Assembly: GCF_003367075.2 (NCBI RefSeq)
Contig: NZ_CP065936.1
Span: 1,320,001 to 1,352,000 of the forward strand
Reading direction: 5' to 3'
Length of the DNA stretch: 32,000 nucleotides
From: Cylindrospermopsis raciborskii Cr2010
Lineage (GTDB): Bacteria > Cyanobacteriota > Cyanobacteriia > Cyanobacteriales > Nostocaceae
A model generated the notes under the pieces. The model saw only the letters and a list, made by a program, of their open reading frames with translations, did not search any database and was not told the origin of the DNA. Each line of letters opens with the position of its first letter. Positions within the stretch are counted from its first letter, which is position 1. This document shows, piece after piece, positions 7,784 to 17,423 of this stretch. Position numbers and translations under genes: made by a program.

Positions 7784-10627
7784 CTATTGCGACAAGCTTT
7801 TAATGTCTCCTGTTGTAACTACTGTAAGTTGATCAGGATTGAGAATCTGACGTGCTAACTGATTGACCTGATCCCTGGTAACTTTTTGGATCTTTGATGG
7901 GAAAGTTTGTAGTTCCACCTGCTCAAGTCCAAAAAATTCGTTCATTAAAATTCTGGTAGTTAATTCCTGGAGTTTAGCTAAGGAAAGATTATAACTACTA
8001 ATCAAGGAGTGTTTTGCAGCTGCTATTTCCCCATTGGTGACTCCTGTTTGATATATGTCTTGCAGAATTTCACGAGTTTTCAATATGGCCTGCTGAGTAT
8101 GTTGGGAACTAGTTTGCATTTCTATAATAAAAGTCCCTGAGTTCTTTCCCCCTTGCAAATTACTGTAAATACCATATGTCAAGCCTAATTCATCTCTTAT
8201 TCGTGAACTTAACCTACCGGATACGGTATCCCCTGTTAAAATTTGATTTAATACTAAAGCTGAGTAAAATCTCGGATCTTGACGTTTTACACCCAGATTT
8301 CCCATATAGGTGACGGTTTGTGACTTCCCTAGTAATGGGTAATTAATCTGGAAACCTCGTTTTTTTCTTGCTACTTGTGGATATTGTACTGCTGGTGCTT
8401 TCCCACCAACTCGCCAATTGGCAAACTCCATTTCTAATAGTGATTTAACTCTTGCAAGTTCAAAATCACCTACTATTGCTAAAACCATATTATCTGGACG
8501 ATAATACATTTGTCTAAAATTCAACGTATCCTCCCTGCTCAGTTTTTGTATACTTTCTAAGGTGGGAAAGATGTGTAATGGATGATTTGACGGATAGAGT
8601 GCTTGGATAAATTTGCGATTTGCTACTTCATCAGCATCTTGTAAGTCTGACTTTAGCTCATTTATGGCCTTTTGACGACTGATTTCTAACTCTTTGGCGG
8701 GAAAGTTACTATTTTTGACTACGTCAGCAACAGTATGTAACAATATGGCTAAGTCTTCTCTCAGACTTTTTCCTAGTAATCGGACTCCCTCCCTAAATAC
8801 AGTAAATTCTAAACTCGCTCCTCTACTGTCTAAGGTTTCTGCAATCACAGACATACTTTGCGTTGTGGTTCCATTCATCAAGCTATCTGCTACCAAGGAT
8901 GCTAAGCCAGCTTTTTGTGCTTGGTCAAATTCTTTACCACCCTGAATGTATCCAGCTACTGTAATTGTAGGAATGCTTCTGTCTGCTAACAATAGTACCT
9001 TTAAACCATTATTTAGCTTTAACTTTTGGGGAATTATAGCTCTCACTATGGGAATCTCACTGTTATTGCTAGATGGTAAATACTTGGTTACCTCAGCATC
9101 ACTCACTTGCTCTCTACTGTTTAAGTGTTCTAATGGTACCTGTTCTAAGAATTCCTCAGTTTTCACACCCGGAGTTTGATAAGAACTATTTGAGGTGTTT
9201 TGATCAGGTACAAAAAAACCAATTACTGCACTTTTAGTTAAGTATTTTTTTGTAACATTAATAACCTGATTCGCATTTACTTGACTAACTCCTTCTAAAT
9301 ATTTTTCTGTATATTCGTAATCATTAGCAATTAGCTGGTCATTAGCCAATTGCATGGCTTGACTAGTTACATCTTGTCTGTTGAAAATTACTGATGCTAT
9401 GATTTGTTTTTTAGCTCGTTCCATATCTTTGTTTTTAATACCTGTTTGAACAAGTTCGGTGATTGCGCTTTCAATAGTAGAGTATACGGTTTGTAAATCT
9501 TGATCCGGTGCAGGAATCACCGATAAATCATACCAACCACCTTGTCGCAAGCTCACAACACGAGCAGAAAGGTCTGTAACCAAACCAGAGGAGACCAAAG
9601 TTTGATAAAGATGGGAATTTTTTCCCCCAGTCAGAATATAGTCCATTACTCCCAAAGCGGGAATATCTGGATGATGCAAATTGGGAAGTGGATAAATTAT
9701 TTGCAAAAGTTTTTTCCCCCCGGGTTCCCGCAGAATTATCGGTGAACTGGAAGGTTGGAAAACAGGAGAAGGGGGAAATGAGGGTAATTGTTGACTCGGA
9801 GGAATTTTACCAAATATTTCTTTAACAGCTTGCAAGGTTTTGCTGGTGGTAAAGTCTCCCACAATTACTAAAACAGCATGGTTGGGATGATAGTGTTTTT
9901 CATAATGTTCCCTGAGCTGCTCAACGGTCAAATTGACTACATCGCTTTTAGTGCCACCCGTGGGTAACCCATAACCATGATGGGGAAATATGGACCGCAT
10001 TACAGCCCTTTTGAGACGGTATTTGGGACGGTTTTCATAACCTTCTAATTCGGAAATCACTACTTGCTTTTCGCTGGCTAAATCTTGACTATCAATTAGC
10101 AGATTCGCCATTCTATCCGCTTCTAATTCCAGTAATGCTTGTAGTTGATTTTTGTATACAGTATGATAGTATGCTGTTTGTTCATAACTGGTAAATGCAT
10201 TTGAGTTACTACCTAACCTGTTAAATATTTTAGAAAATTGTATGGGACGTTTTTTTGTACCTTTAAACATTATATGCTCTAGTTGATGAGCAATCCCACT
10301 CATCCCTGAACTATCCTGGGATGAACCTACATTATACCAAACTTGTACTGTCACAACTGGAGCGCTGTGTACTTCTCTGGTTAATACTGTTAACCCGTTG
10401 GATAGAACTATTTTTTGGACGTTGCCAACCATTCTACGATTATTTATTTCCAGTGCTTGTGGGGGTATTTTTTCTAATCTTGCTTGGTAGGTTTCTGATT
10501 TCGGTTCCATAAACCCCAGGGGAATATGGAATATATCTCCCAAATACAGTCCTAGGGTAAGGGAGAATGATAATATAAATAACAGTAAGAATAAACGAGA
10601 CCGGTAAAAGGCAAAAATCGCAAGCAT
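7784..10627 (-). CDS. M16 family zinc metallopeptidase with two tandem M16 repeats and an N-terminal membrane/signal segment
   Basis: 947 aa. Inverted zinc motif in IAHQLEHIMFKG (HxxEH) in the first half; second M16-like half without that motif; hydrophobic N-terminus LFLLLFILSFSLTLGLYLG. Confidence 0.9.
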   Translation of the reverse strand: MLAIFAFYRSRLFLLLFILSFSLTLGLYLGDIFHIPLGFMEPKSETYQARLEKIPPQALEINNRRMVGNVQKIVLSNGLTVLTREVHSAPVVTVQVWYNVGSSQDSSGMSGIAHQLEHIMFKGTKKRPIQFSKIFNRLGSNSNAFTSYEQTAYYHTVYKNQLQALLELEADRMANLLIDSQDLASEKQVVISELEGYENRPKYRLKRAVMRSIFPHHGYGLPTGGTKSDVVNLTVEQLREHYEKHYHPNHAVLVIVGDFTTSKTLQAVKEIFGKIPPSQQLPSFPPSPVFQPSSSPIILREPGGKKLLQIIYPLPNLHHPDIPALGVMDYILTGGKNSHLYQTLVSSGLVTDLSARVVSLRQGGWYDLSVIPAPDQDLQTVYSTIESAITELVQTGIKNKDMERAKKQIIASVIFNRQDVTSQAMQLANDQLIANDYEYTEKYLEGVSQVNANQVINVTKKYLTKSAVIGFFVPDQNTSNSSYQTPGVKTEEFLEQVPLEHLNSREQVSDAEVTKYLPSSNNSEIPIVRAIIPQKLKLNNGLKVLLLADRSIPTITVAGYIQGGKEFDQAQKAGLASLVADSLMNGTTTQSMSVIAETLDSRGASLEFTVFREGVRLLGKSLREDLAILLHTVADVVKNSNFPAKELEISRQKAINELKSDLQDADEVANRKFIQALYPSNHPLHIFPTLESIQKLSREDTLNFRQMYYRPDNMVLAIVGDFELARVKSLLEMEFANWRVGGKAPAVQYPQVARKKRGFQINYPLLGKSQTVTYMGNLGVKRQDPRFYSALVLNQILTGDTVSGRLSSRIRDELGLTYGIYSNLQGGKNSGTFIIEMQTSSQHTQQAILKTREILQDIYQTGVTNGEIAAAKHSLISSYNLSLAKLQELTTRILMNEFFGLEQVELQTFPSKIQKVTRDQVNQLARQILNPDQLTVVTTGDIKSLSQ

Positions 10628-10667
10628 ACATTTTAAAACATATCACTAAATATACTATTCGTAGTAT

Positions 10668-11114
10668 TTAACCTTTATTCTCTACGCTTAAACTATTTGG
10701 CAAAAAACGGATAAACTCTAATGGTAAATTATCCATGTCAGCAATAAAAGTTACCTCTAAAATGCGATCGCCTATTTGTTGTTGAGTAGGTTCTAAAAGA
10801 ACTTTCAGGGGTGATAGTTCCAAAACCAAAGACATTTTCTGTTGCAATTCTAACAGCCAAGCAGATAAATCTGACACTCGGGAAGTGAGATCAAAGGAAA
10901 GATGATAATAACCCACATAATTCTCATCCGTAAAAGCATCCGGTGCGGGTTTGGGTTGAGGAATTTGAATCAATTCGATGCGACTATCTAATCCCTCCAA
11001 CCAACAAGCTAAAGTATAACCTGTCGTGAAGCGAGTGCCAACTACAAAACCTAGTTCTTGATAAAATGCGATTGCCCGATGAATATTACCCGTTCTAATA
11101 GAAACATGATGCAT
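10668..11114 (-). CDS. VOC (glyoxalase/bleomycin resistance-like) family protein
   Basis: 148 aa beginning MHHVSIRTGNIHRAIAFYQELGFVVGTRF, with a downstream YYHLSFDL. Confidence 0.85.
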   Translation of the reverse strand: MHHVSIRTGNIHRAIAFYQELGFVVGTRFTTGYTLACWLEGLDSRIELIQIPQPKPAPDAFTDENYVGYYHLSFDLTSRVSDLSAWLLELQQKMSLVLELSPLKVLLEPTQQQIGDRILEVTFIADMDNLPLEFIRFLPNSLSVENKG

Positions 11115-11195
11115 AGTTTGGCATAGTTTAGGGATTTGAGGACGGAATAATGACTCACCTAATCAGGTTAGGTGAGAGACGAGCTGCACGACAGC

Positions 11196-11708
11196 TTACT
11201 CAAACAGTCGGAAATAGGGGTAACGCACGGGAGCGCCTGGTTCCTTATCCAAATCAAAGTTAATCACATCCCAGCATGGCTCATCAAGCGGATCTGGTCC
11301 AAACTCCACTGGTAAACCATACAATCGAGCATTACCTGTTTCCGGTTGTTCTGACCGCCAAGAACTACTTCGCTCCAAGTAACCACTCATTAGCTCTTGA
11401 TAACGCCGGGCAATAATCACTCTTGTAGCACGATAACCCTGAGTATAGAGCTTATCTAGCGCCTCATGAATTTCAAAGCGTATGCCATCAGGATGAGTAT
11501 GTTGTCTATACCATTCATTACCCCATTTGCGCCAGTGACGACCCGACTGGAGATGTACTAACTCCTCAGTTTTGGGATTAGCTTCAAAAGCACCGTGCCG
11601 TATGCACAAGTAAGTATCAGTCAAAGTCAGCGCCGGAATGGTCTGGCGACAGTGTGGACACTGTATTTCAGGTCCAAATATTGGGTACTGTAAGCCTGGA
11701 TTCATCAT
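11196..11708 (-). CDS. Conserved cyanobacterial protein (TIGR02652-like) with Cys zinc-ribbon-like N-terminus
   Basis: 170 aa; CPHC...C; HWRKWGNEWYRQHTHPDGIRFEIHEALDKLYTQGYRATRVIIARRY. The family name is from memory. Confidence 0.65.
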   Translation of the reverse strand: MMNPGLQYPIFGPEIQCPHCRQTIPALTLTDTYLCIRHGAFEANPKTEELVHLQSGRHWRKWGNEWYRQHTHPDGIRFEIHEALDKLYTQGYRATRVIIARRYQELMSGYLERSSSWRSEQPETGNARLYGLPVEFGPDPLDEPCWDVINFDLDKEPGAPVRYPYFRLFE

Positions 11709-11909
11709 GAAGTGTGTACAAGCATAGTTTTATATTTAGCAGCACCAATAGGTTGGATTTAACACCCTGGGTCAAAAGATAAGGATAAGCAATCCCCAGC
11801 AGTTATTACTGATTGTACAGGACAAATGACTGTGATATGCTAATTATGCAACCAATTTCTTAGGTTGAAGTTTTTCCAGTGTTCCTGGTTACCATATCAA
11901 AATTCTATC

Positions 11910-12455
11910 GTGTCTACTGCTTCCTATTGGACATCTCCGGATTTTTCTCAAGCCGCTTTTATAGCCACCAATGCCATTGTAATTGGATCGGTTAAAGTTG
12001 CAGCAAGGTCGAGTATTTGGTATAGTGCAGTGGTTAGGGGAGATGTGGAACGGATTGAAATTGGGGAATGCACAAACGTACAAGACGGAGCTATACTACA
12101 TGGAGATCCTGGTCTACCTACTATTTTAGAAGACCATGTTACTGTAGGGCATCGTGCTGTGATACATTCTGCCCACATTGAACGAGGTAGTTTAATTGGC
12201 ATTGGTGCAATAGTTTTAAATGGGGTTCGTATTGGTCATAGTAGCATCCTGGGAGCAGGTGCGGTAGTAACCAAAGACATACCTCCCTATTCTCTTGTCG
12301 TTGGAGTACCCGGTAAAATAGTCCGTCAAGTAACAGAAACTGAAGCGGCGGAACTTTTTGAACATGCCGAAAAATATCATCAGTTAGCCCTAGTCCATGC
12401 AGGAAAGGGGAAGGACATAGGTTTTATCCCACATTCTGCTCCCTTGGAAAAATGA
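11910..12455 (+). CDS. Gamma-class carbonic anhydrase family / hexapeptide-repeat protein
   Basis: Left-handed beta-helix hexapeptide pattern: AIVIGSVKVAARSSIWYSAVVRGDVERIEIGECTNVQDGAILHGD. The track starts at TTG 11865; the in-frame GTG at 11910 (VSTASYW) matches the expected family start better. Confidence 0.82.
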   Translation: MSTASYWTSPDFSQAAFIATNAIVIGSVKVAARSSIWYSAVVRGDVERIEIGECTNVQDGAILHGDPGLPTILEDHVTVGHRAVIHSAHIERGSLIGIGAIVLNGVRIGHSSILGAGAVVTKDIPPYSLVVGVPGKIVRQVTETEAAELFEHAEKYHQLALVHAGKGKDIGFIPHSAPLEK

Positions 12456-12611
12456 CCAACTTGAGGTAAAAATTAAGAAGGGAGCGGATAAAGTATCCAT
12501 CCCCTCACGAACATTATTGTTCCGCTGTCACCTTCGGGTTGACGCTCCACCCCTTTAGGGCTGGAAAAGTTACAAACACTTTAATTCCCATATAACAGAG
12601 GTTTTCTCGAT

Positions 12612-12737
12612 ATGAACATTGATACCCGCATAGTAATTGTCCTAGCACCCTTAGTTATTGCCGCAAGCTGGGCTGCCTTTAATATAGGTGCTGCAGCTCT
12701 AAGACAAGTACAAGCCTTTTTAAATAAAGAAGCCTAA
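12612..12737 (+). CDS. psbY: Photosystem II protein Y (41 aa), not present in the ORF track
   Basis: Translation [41 protein letters not shown]. Single transmembrane segment followed by the conserved [21 protein letters not shown] signature. Confidence 0.93.
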   Translation: MNIDTRIVIVLAPLVIAASWAAFNIGAAALRQVQAFLNKEA

Positions 12738-12774
12738 ATTATGCAAGCGGTTGAACGCACCCCATCTATAATCA

Positions 12775-14163
12775 ATGAGTGGTGCGTTCAATTACCTAAC
12801 TGTCAACTTGCCATCTACTCCTTACTTAGTTCCCTATTATGCCGTGGATTCTTTACTTCAACCTTTCAAGCACTTTGGTGTTAACTTAGGACTTACCCGT
12901 ATTGTCAAGTTACTAGAGACCTTAAATAGTCCCCATAGACAGGTTCCCATAATTCATGTTGCGGGAACTAATGGTAAGGGTTCAGTTTGCGCCTATTTAT
13001 CCTCCATTTTAACAGAGTCAGGTTACAAAACAGGTAGATACACTTCGCCTCATTTAATAGACTGGAATGAACGTATATGTATCAATGAAAAGCCCATTGC
13101 AAGTGAAGAACTAACTAAATTAATCGAAAGAGTGAAAGCTGTGATTAACTCAAATGAAGAGCAGCCCACACAATTCGAGATAATTACAGCAGCATCCTGG
13201 CTATACTTTGCCCAGGAGAAAGTGGATATAGCAGTAGTAGAAGTTGGACTGGGGGGGAGATTAGACGCTACTAATGTTTGTGATCAACCATTAGTAACAG
13301 TAATCACCTCAATTAGTAGGGATCACTGGCAGCAGCTAGGTTCAAGCATCAGTGATATTGCCAGAGAGAAGGCGGGGATCATTAAAGCTGGATGTCCGGT
13401 AGTGATAGGGAAATTGCCAGAGGATGCCAAGAAAGCAGTGATATGCAGGGGTGTAGAACTGGAAAGTCCAATTATGGTCGTATCACCTGCAAGAGAAATT
13501 AGTCCTGGGTGGGCAGAATATCAAACCGTAGAACCGGGGGGGCATATTAAAGCAATTAAATATCCATTACCATTGAAAGGGGAAATTCAACTCACTAATT
13601 CCGCTCTAGCATTAGCGAGTTTAGGAATGTTGCAAAAACAAGGATGGGAGATTTCTGGTCAAGCCATAATTAAGGGTATGGAGAAGACTAAATGGCCAGG
13701 AAGAATGCAATGGTTTAATTGGAAAAATCACCAACTGTTAATTGATGGTGCACATAATCCAGAATCAGCAGAGGTTTTGAGGAATTATGTAGACAGTATA
13801 GGAGATAGAAACAAAAATATAACTTGGGTAATGGGGATGCTAACTACAAAAGACCATAAAGATATTTTCAGAGAGCTGTTAAAGACAAAAGATAGATTAT
13901 ACCTAGTACCAGTACCGGGGAGTGATTATGCAAACCTAGATTATTTAAAGGCTCTGGCTTTAGAAACTTGTCCGGACTTAGATTTTTGTGCAATATATGA
14001 GGATATATTTTTGGCATTAAATGCTGCCTTTGGTTTGTTAAAAACTAAAGATAATACGAATAATAATAGAAATAATAGTACAAATATAAATGGCCCGGTT
14101 GTTTTATGTGGTTCTTTGTACTTAATTGGTCACTTCTTTTCCCAGGTTAGTCCTGCAAAATAG
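12775..14163 (+). CDS. folC: Folylpolyglutamate synthase / dihydrofolate synthase family
   Basis: 462 aa; VPIIHVAGTNGKGSVCAYLSSIL, GRYTSPHLIDWNERI, VGLGGRLDATN, LLIDGAHNPES. The exact start is uncertain. Confidence 0.92.
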   Translation: MSGAFNYLTVNLPSTPYLVPYYAVDSLLQPFKHFGVNLGLTRIVKLLETLNSPHRQVPIIHVAGTNGKGSVCAYLSSILTESGYKTGRYTSPHLIDWNERICINEKPIASEELTKLIERVKAVINSNEEQPTQFEIITAASWLYFAQEKVDIAVVEVGLGGRLDATNVCDQPLVTVITSISRDHWQQLGSSISDIAREKAGIIKAGCPVVIGKLPEDAKKAVICRGVELESPIMVVSPAREISPGWAEYQTVEPGGHIKAIKYPLPLKGEIQLTNSALALASLGMLQKQGWEISGQAIIKGMEKTKWPGRMQWFNWKNHQLLIDGAHNPESAEVLRNYVDSIGDRNKNITWVMGMLTTKDHKDIFRELLKTKDRLYLVPVPGSDYANLDYLKALALETCPDLDFCAIYEDIFLALNAAFGLLKTKDNTNNNRNNSTNINGPVVLCGSLYLIGHFFSQVSPAK

Positions 14164-14166
14164 GCA

Positions 14167-14202
14167 GCCAGAACATCCCCTCAAGTTTTGAGGTATTCTG
14201 GC
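14167..14202. terminator. Two-segment hairpin between convergent folC and the solute-binding protein gene
   Basis: Outer arms GCCAGAA (14167-14173) / TTCTGGC (14196-14202); inner arms CCTCAA (14179-14184) / TTGAGG (14188-14193). Confidence 0.55.
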
Positions 14203-14240
14203 AGTTATATTCTTTAGCTTTGGCGAATTGTGACCAATTC

Positions 14241-15515
14241 CTACCTACTATCCCATTGTTTGGCAGCATCAGCAACAGCTTGATCTACAGTTTTTCGTCC
14301 CAACATTGCTGCTTGAAGATTTTCGTAAATTGCCCTTTGTAGCAATTTAAAATCCTTCATTTTAGGAGTTAAAACCTGAGCCTTTTGCATTTCTTGCGCA
14401 CTGATAATACGTGCTTTTTCCACAGTAGAAGCATTAGCAGGAACTTCCCGAAAATAACTGTTAGATAATGCTCTAACAGTTGATGGTAAAACATTAGCTG
14501 CTTTTGCAAAACCTAATTGATTGTCATCATTGGTAACAAACAAAGCAAATTTGAGTGCTGCATCCGGATTTTTACTGCTACGAGGAATAACAACATTCAT
14601 CACAGCTACATTTTTTTTACCCGTATTACCCGTAATTTGGGGAGCTATGGTAGAAGACTTAGCGATTTGTGGAGCATTGTTGGCAATAGTTTTTAAAAAC
14701 TCAGCCCCCGATGCCAAAAATGCAGTTTCTCCCGACTGATATAGATCAATAGCGTGACGATGACCCTGAGTTAAACATTCCTTAGGTAATAGTCCCTGCT
14801 GATATAGATCCACCCAGTATTTAAAACCAGCCCTACCCTCGGGTGTATTAAAAGCCGCTTTCTCTTGCTTATCCACTAAATTAACACCCATTTGCACAAG
14901 AGATTCTAAAACCTCACCTGAGTCTTGAGGAACAAAGGTGGTGAAAAAGGCATACTTGCCCGTTTTGTCATGAATTTGTCGTGCTGCTTGGGCTAGTTCC
15001 TGATAGGTTGCTGGTGGTTTAGAGATACTTGCTTGTTTGAGTAAATCAGTGTTATAAATAGTTATGCGGGTGGTCAAATACCAGGGAATGCCAAAACTCT
15101 TACCATTAAGAGTGCTGGCTTGCCATATGTTTGGCAAATAGGATGAACGAACCTCAGGTGATACCTTGGCATCCAAATCTAACCAGGCATTTCGTCCCGC
15201 TAATTGGGCAGCAAAATCTGGGTTTAAATTAACCACATCTGGTGGGGTTTTTGCGGATACAGCCGTTAAAATCTTACTTTCCATGGCAGCCCAAGGCACA
15301 TCTACCCATTTAACCTTAATACCAGGGTTTTGGGATTCAAAGGTGGAAATTAAACCTTGGAAATAACTGGTGAATTCCGGTTGCAGTTGCATAGTCCAAA
15401 ATTCAACAGTCGTTCCCACATTTGCTGTGGTACAACTAACTACCCAGCTGGCTAGTAATCCTACTAGACCTAAAACAGTGAGCCGTGAAAATTTTGATGA
15501 TCGGATTTTTGGCAT
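14241..15515 (-). CDS. Extracellular solute-binding lipoprotein, sugar ABC transporter family 1
   Basis: 424 aa; lipobox-like LLASWVVSC; FWTMQLQPEFTSYFQGLISTFESQNPGIKVKWVDVPW; SFGIPWYLTTRITIYNTDLLKQAG-like region. Confidence 0.88.
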   Translation of the reverse strand: MPKIRSSKFSRLTVLGLVGLLASWVVSCTTANVGTTVEFWTMQLQPEFTSYFQGLISTFESQNPGIKVKWVDVPWAAMESKILTAVSAKTPPDVVNLNPDFAAQLAGRNAWLDLDAKVSPEVRSSYLPNIWQASTLNGKSFGIPWYLTTRITIYNTDLLKQASISKPPATYQELAQAARQIHDKTGKYAFFTTFVPQDSGEVLESLVQMGVNLVDKQEKAAFNTPEGRAGFKYWVDLYQQGLLPKECLTQGHRHAIDLYQSGETAFLASGAEFLKTIANNAPQIAKSSTIAPQITGNTGKKNVAVMNVVIPRSSKNPDAALKFALFVTNDDNQLGFAKAANVLPSTVRALSNSYFREVPANASTVEKARIISAQEMQKAQVLTPKMKDFKLLQRAIYENLQAAMLGRKTVDQAVADAAKQWDSR

Positions 15516-15552
15516 AAATTTGTTAAAATTTCTACAAAAGTAGCGTAGATCA

Positions 15553-16623
15553 ATGGTAAAAAACTTAGGTTTTAGTGACTTTTTAAGTTACTGGGGTAAT
15601 TTTCTGGGTAAGTCTACTAGGGGTGTGGGTGTGGAACTGACAGGAGATAGGCTAAATATAGCCCAACTGCACAGGGTGCGTCAGGGTTTAAGAATAGAGT
15701 CATTGAGCACATTTCCTATTCCAGAAGGGATAATGGTCAATGGTGAAATTTGTGATTGTCCCAGGATGGGAGAAATTATCTCACAAGCAATAGTGGAAAG
15801 TAAAATCAAAACCACTCAGATTAGAACTTGTATACCCGAAAAACATGCTATTGTGCGTATAATTCCCGCACCATTAGAGTTGGAGGGCCAAGAGTTATAT
15901 GATTTATTTATCAATCAGGAAGCTGGATTATATTTACCCTATCCACGAGAGGAAGCGGATATAGACTATCAAAAGTTGGGGTATTTCATAGATCAAGATG
16001 GCATAGAAAAAGCACAGGTTCTCCTAGTTGCTACCCGTAGGGAAATTACGGACAGTTATATTCACACTTTTGCTCTAGCTGGACTGAAAATAGAGGTTTT
16101 AGAAATTAAAAGTTTTGCTACTATTAGAACTATCCAAAAGCACCTATTAATATTGAGACCTGAAGAAGCTGTAGTGTTAGTCAATATTGAATTTGACCAT
16201 ACAGAAGTTGCCATGATTATCAATGGTGTGCCACAGTTTTCCCGTACTATTGCTATTGGTACGTTTCAATTAGAAACTGCTATATCTAGGGAGATAAGTT
16301 TACCTGCACGGGAAATGATGTTAATGACTATTCCTTATAGAGCAGAATCAGAATTAGACATGCTAGAGCAATTAGCAGCTGAGATAGGTCGTACTATTGA
16401 TTTTTGTATTAATCAAATTGAGTCTATGGAGGTATCCCAAATTTTTCTAACTGGTGCTGGAGGAGGGATGGAACAGCTAGATGAGTTTTTGACTGATAGA
16501 TTGGGTTTTACAACCAGTAGAATTAATCCTTGTGAAGATCTATTAGTGGACAGGGATAAATTTCCCTCGTCACAGGATCCTAGTTTAGCAGTGGTCTTAG
16601 GTTTAGGGATGCGTCAAATATAG
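15553..16623 (+). CDS. pilM: Type IV pilus assembly protein PilM
   Basis: 356 aa actin-like pilus protein: GVGVELTGDRLNIAQLHR, VVLVNIEFDHTEVAMIINGVPQFSRTIAIG, IFLTGAGGGMEQLDEFL. Followed by pilN/pilO-like genes. Confidence 0.9.
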   Translation: MVKNLGFSDFLSYWGNFLGKSTRGVGVELTGDRLNIAQLHRVRQGLRIESLSTFPIPEGIMVNGEICDCPRMGEIISQAIVESKIKTTQIRTCIPEKHAIVRIIPAPLELEGQELYDLFINQEAGLYLPYPREEADIDYQKLGYFIDQDGIEKAQVLLVATRREITDSYIHTFALAGLKIEVLEIKSFATIRTIQKHLLILRPEEAVVLVNIEFDHTEVAMIINGVPQFSRTIAIGTFQLETAISREISLPAREMMLMTIPYRAESELDMLEQLAAEIGRTIDFCINQIESMEVSQIFLTGAGGGMEQLDEFLTDRLGFTTSRINPCEDLLVDRDKFPSSQDPSLAVVLGLGMRQI

Positions 16624-16652
16624 ATAGTCCATTATATATATAATATTTTCCT

Positions 16653-17423
16653 ATGTACAATTTAGAAATTAATTTTCTCCAGCATCGCTCAAGTAGCAAA
16701 TTAAAGGTAGAGTATGGGAATGAGGTTAACTCAATAAATCAGTCAATCAATAAGAGAAATTTTATCCCCATATTTGTGGGATTGGGATTGGGTTTATGTT
16801 TTCCAGCTTTAGCATGGAGTAGTTTGTGGTGGTTACAAGACCAAAATAGCGGTTTAGAAGGGGAAGTTGCCCAACTAAACAACCACAGTCAAAACCTAGA
16901 TCAGCAATTAATTCAGATGCAAAAAATCCGGGAACAAACCACTACAATTGAACAACAAACTGAGAACTTAGTCACAGTATTTGAGCAAATGAGATCCTGG
17001 TCAGTTATTTTACAGGAACTGGGCAATAGGATTCCTAGCAAAGTTCAAATTGAAAGTCTTGAGCATAAGCAAATTACTACCCTATCTACCAAGACAGAGC
17101 AATTAGAAATTACGGGTTATGCTCTAAATTTTAAAGCTGTAAACCAATTCCTCTTAAATATAGGAAAATCTAAACTATTTAATGCCAAAAATAGTCGAAT
17201 TAATATGGCAGAATTAGTTGATGCACCCCCAGTAACTGGTGCTATAGTAACCCAACAGTCATCCATGGAATTTAAACCACTTCAAGTTGTTAAATATAAT
17301 ATGACAATTAGTCTAACTGATGTGCCAGTATCCAATCTAGTTAGGGAATTAGAAAAAAAAGGTGCCATGGGATTAGTGGAAAAAATTCGTCATTTAGAAA
17401 GAATAGGAGCTATTAGTAAATGA
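16653..17423 (+). CDS. pilN: Type IV pilus assembly protein PilN
   Basis: 256 aa. Single transmembrane segment then coiled coil, PilN-type fold (LQELGNRIPSKVQIESLEH...ITGYALNFKAVNQFLLNI). Sits between pilM and pilO. Confidence 0.85.
   Translation: MYNLEINFLQHRSSSKLKVEYGNEVNSINQSINKRNFIPIFVGLGLGLCFPALAWSSLWWLQDQNSGLEGEVAQLNNHSQNLDQQLIQMQKIREQTTTIEQQTENLVTVFEQMRSWSVILQELGNRIPSKVQIESLEHKQITTLSTKTEQLEITGYALNFKAVNQFLLNIGKSKLFNAKNSRINMAELVDAPPVTGAIVTQQSSMEFKPLQVVKYNMTISLTDVPVSNLVRELEKKGAMGLVEKIRHLERIGAISK

Noticed and set aside
7361-9745. ORFs at 7361-7570, 8694-8945, 8946-9179 and 9542-9745
   Set aside because: Overlap the ATPase and M16 peptidase genes in other frames without independent support.
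10321-10646. ORFs at 10321-10512 (+) and 10440-10646 (-)
   Set aside because: Overlap the 5' part of the M16 peptidase gene with unconvincing translations.
11889-12202. Antisense ORFs 11889-12083 and 11948-12202
   Set aside because: Opposite the gamma carbonic anhydrase-like gene, which has a clear hexapeptide pattern.
12470-12600. Possible structured RNA or mobile remnant in the intergenic region before psbY
   Set aside because: No clear long inverted repeat or recognised RNA family motif by eye.
14521-15366. ORFs 14521-14739 and 15166-15366
   Set aside because: Antisense to the solute-binding protein gene; shadow ORFs.
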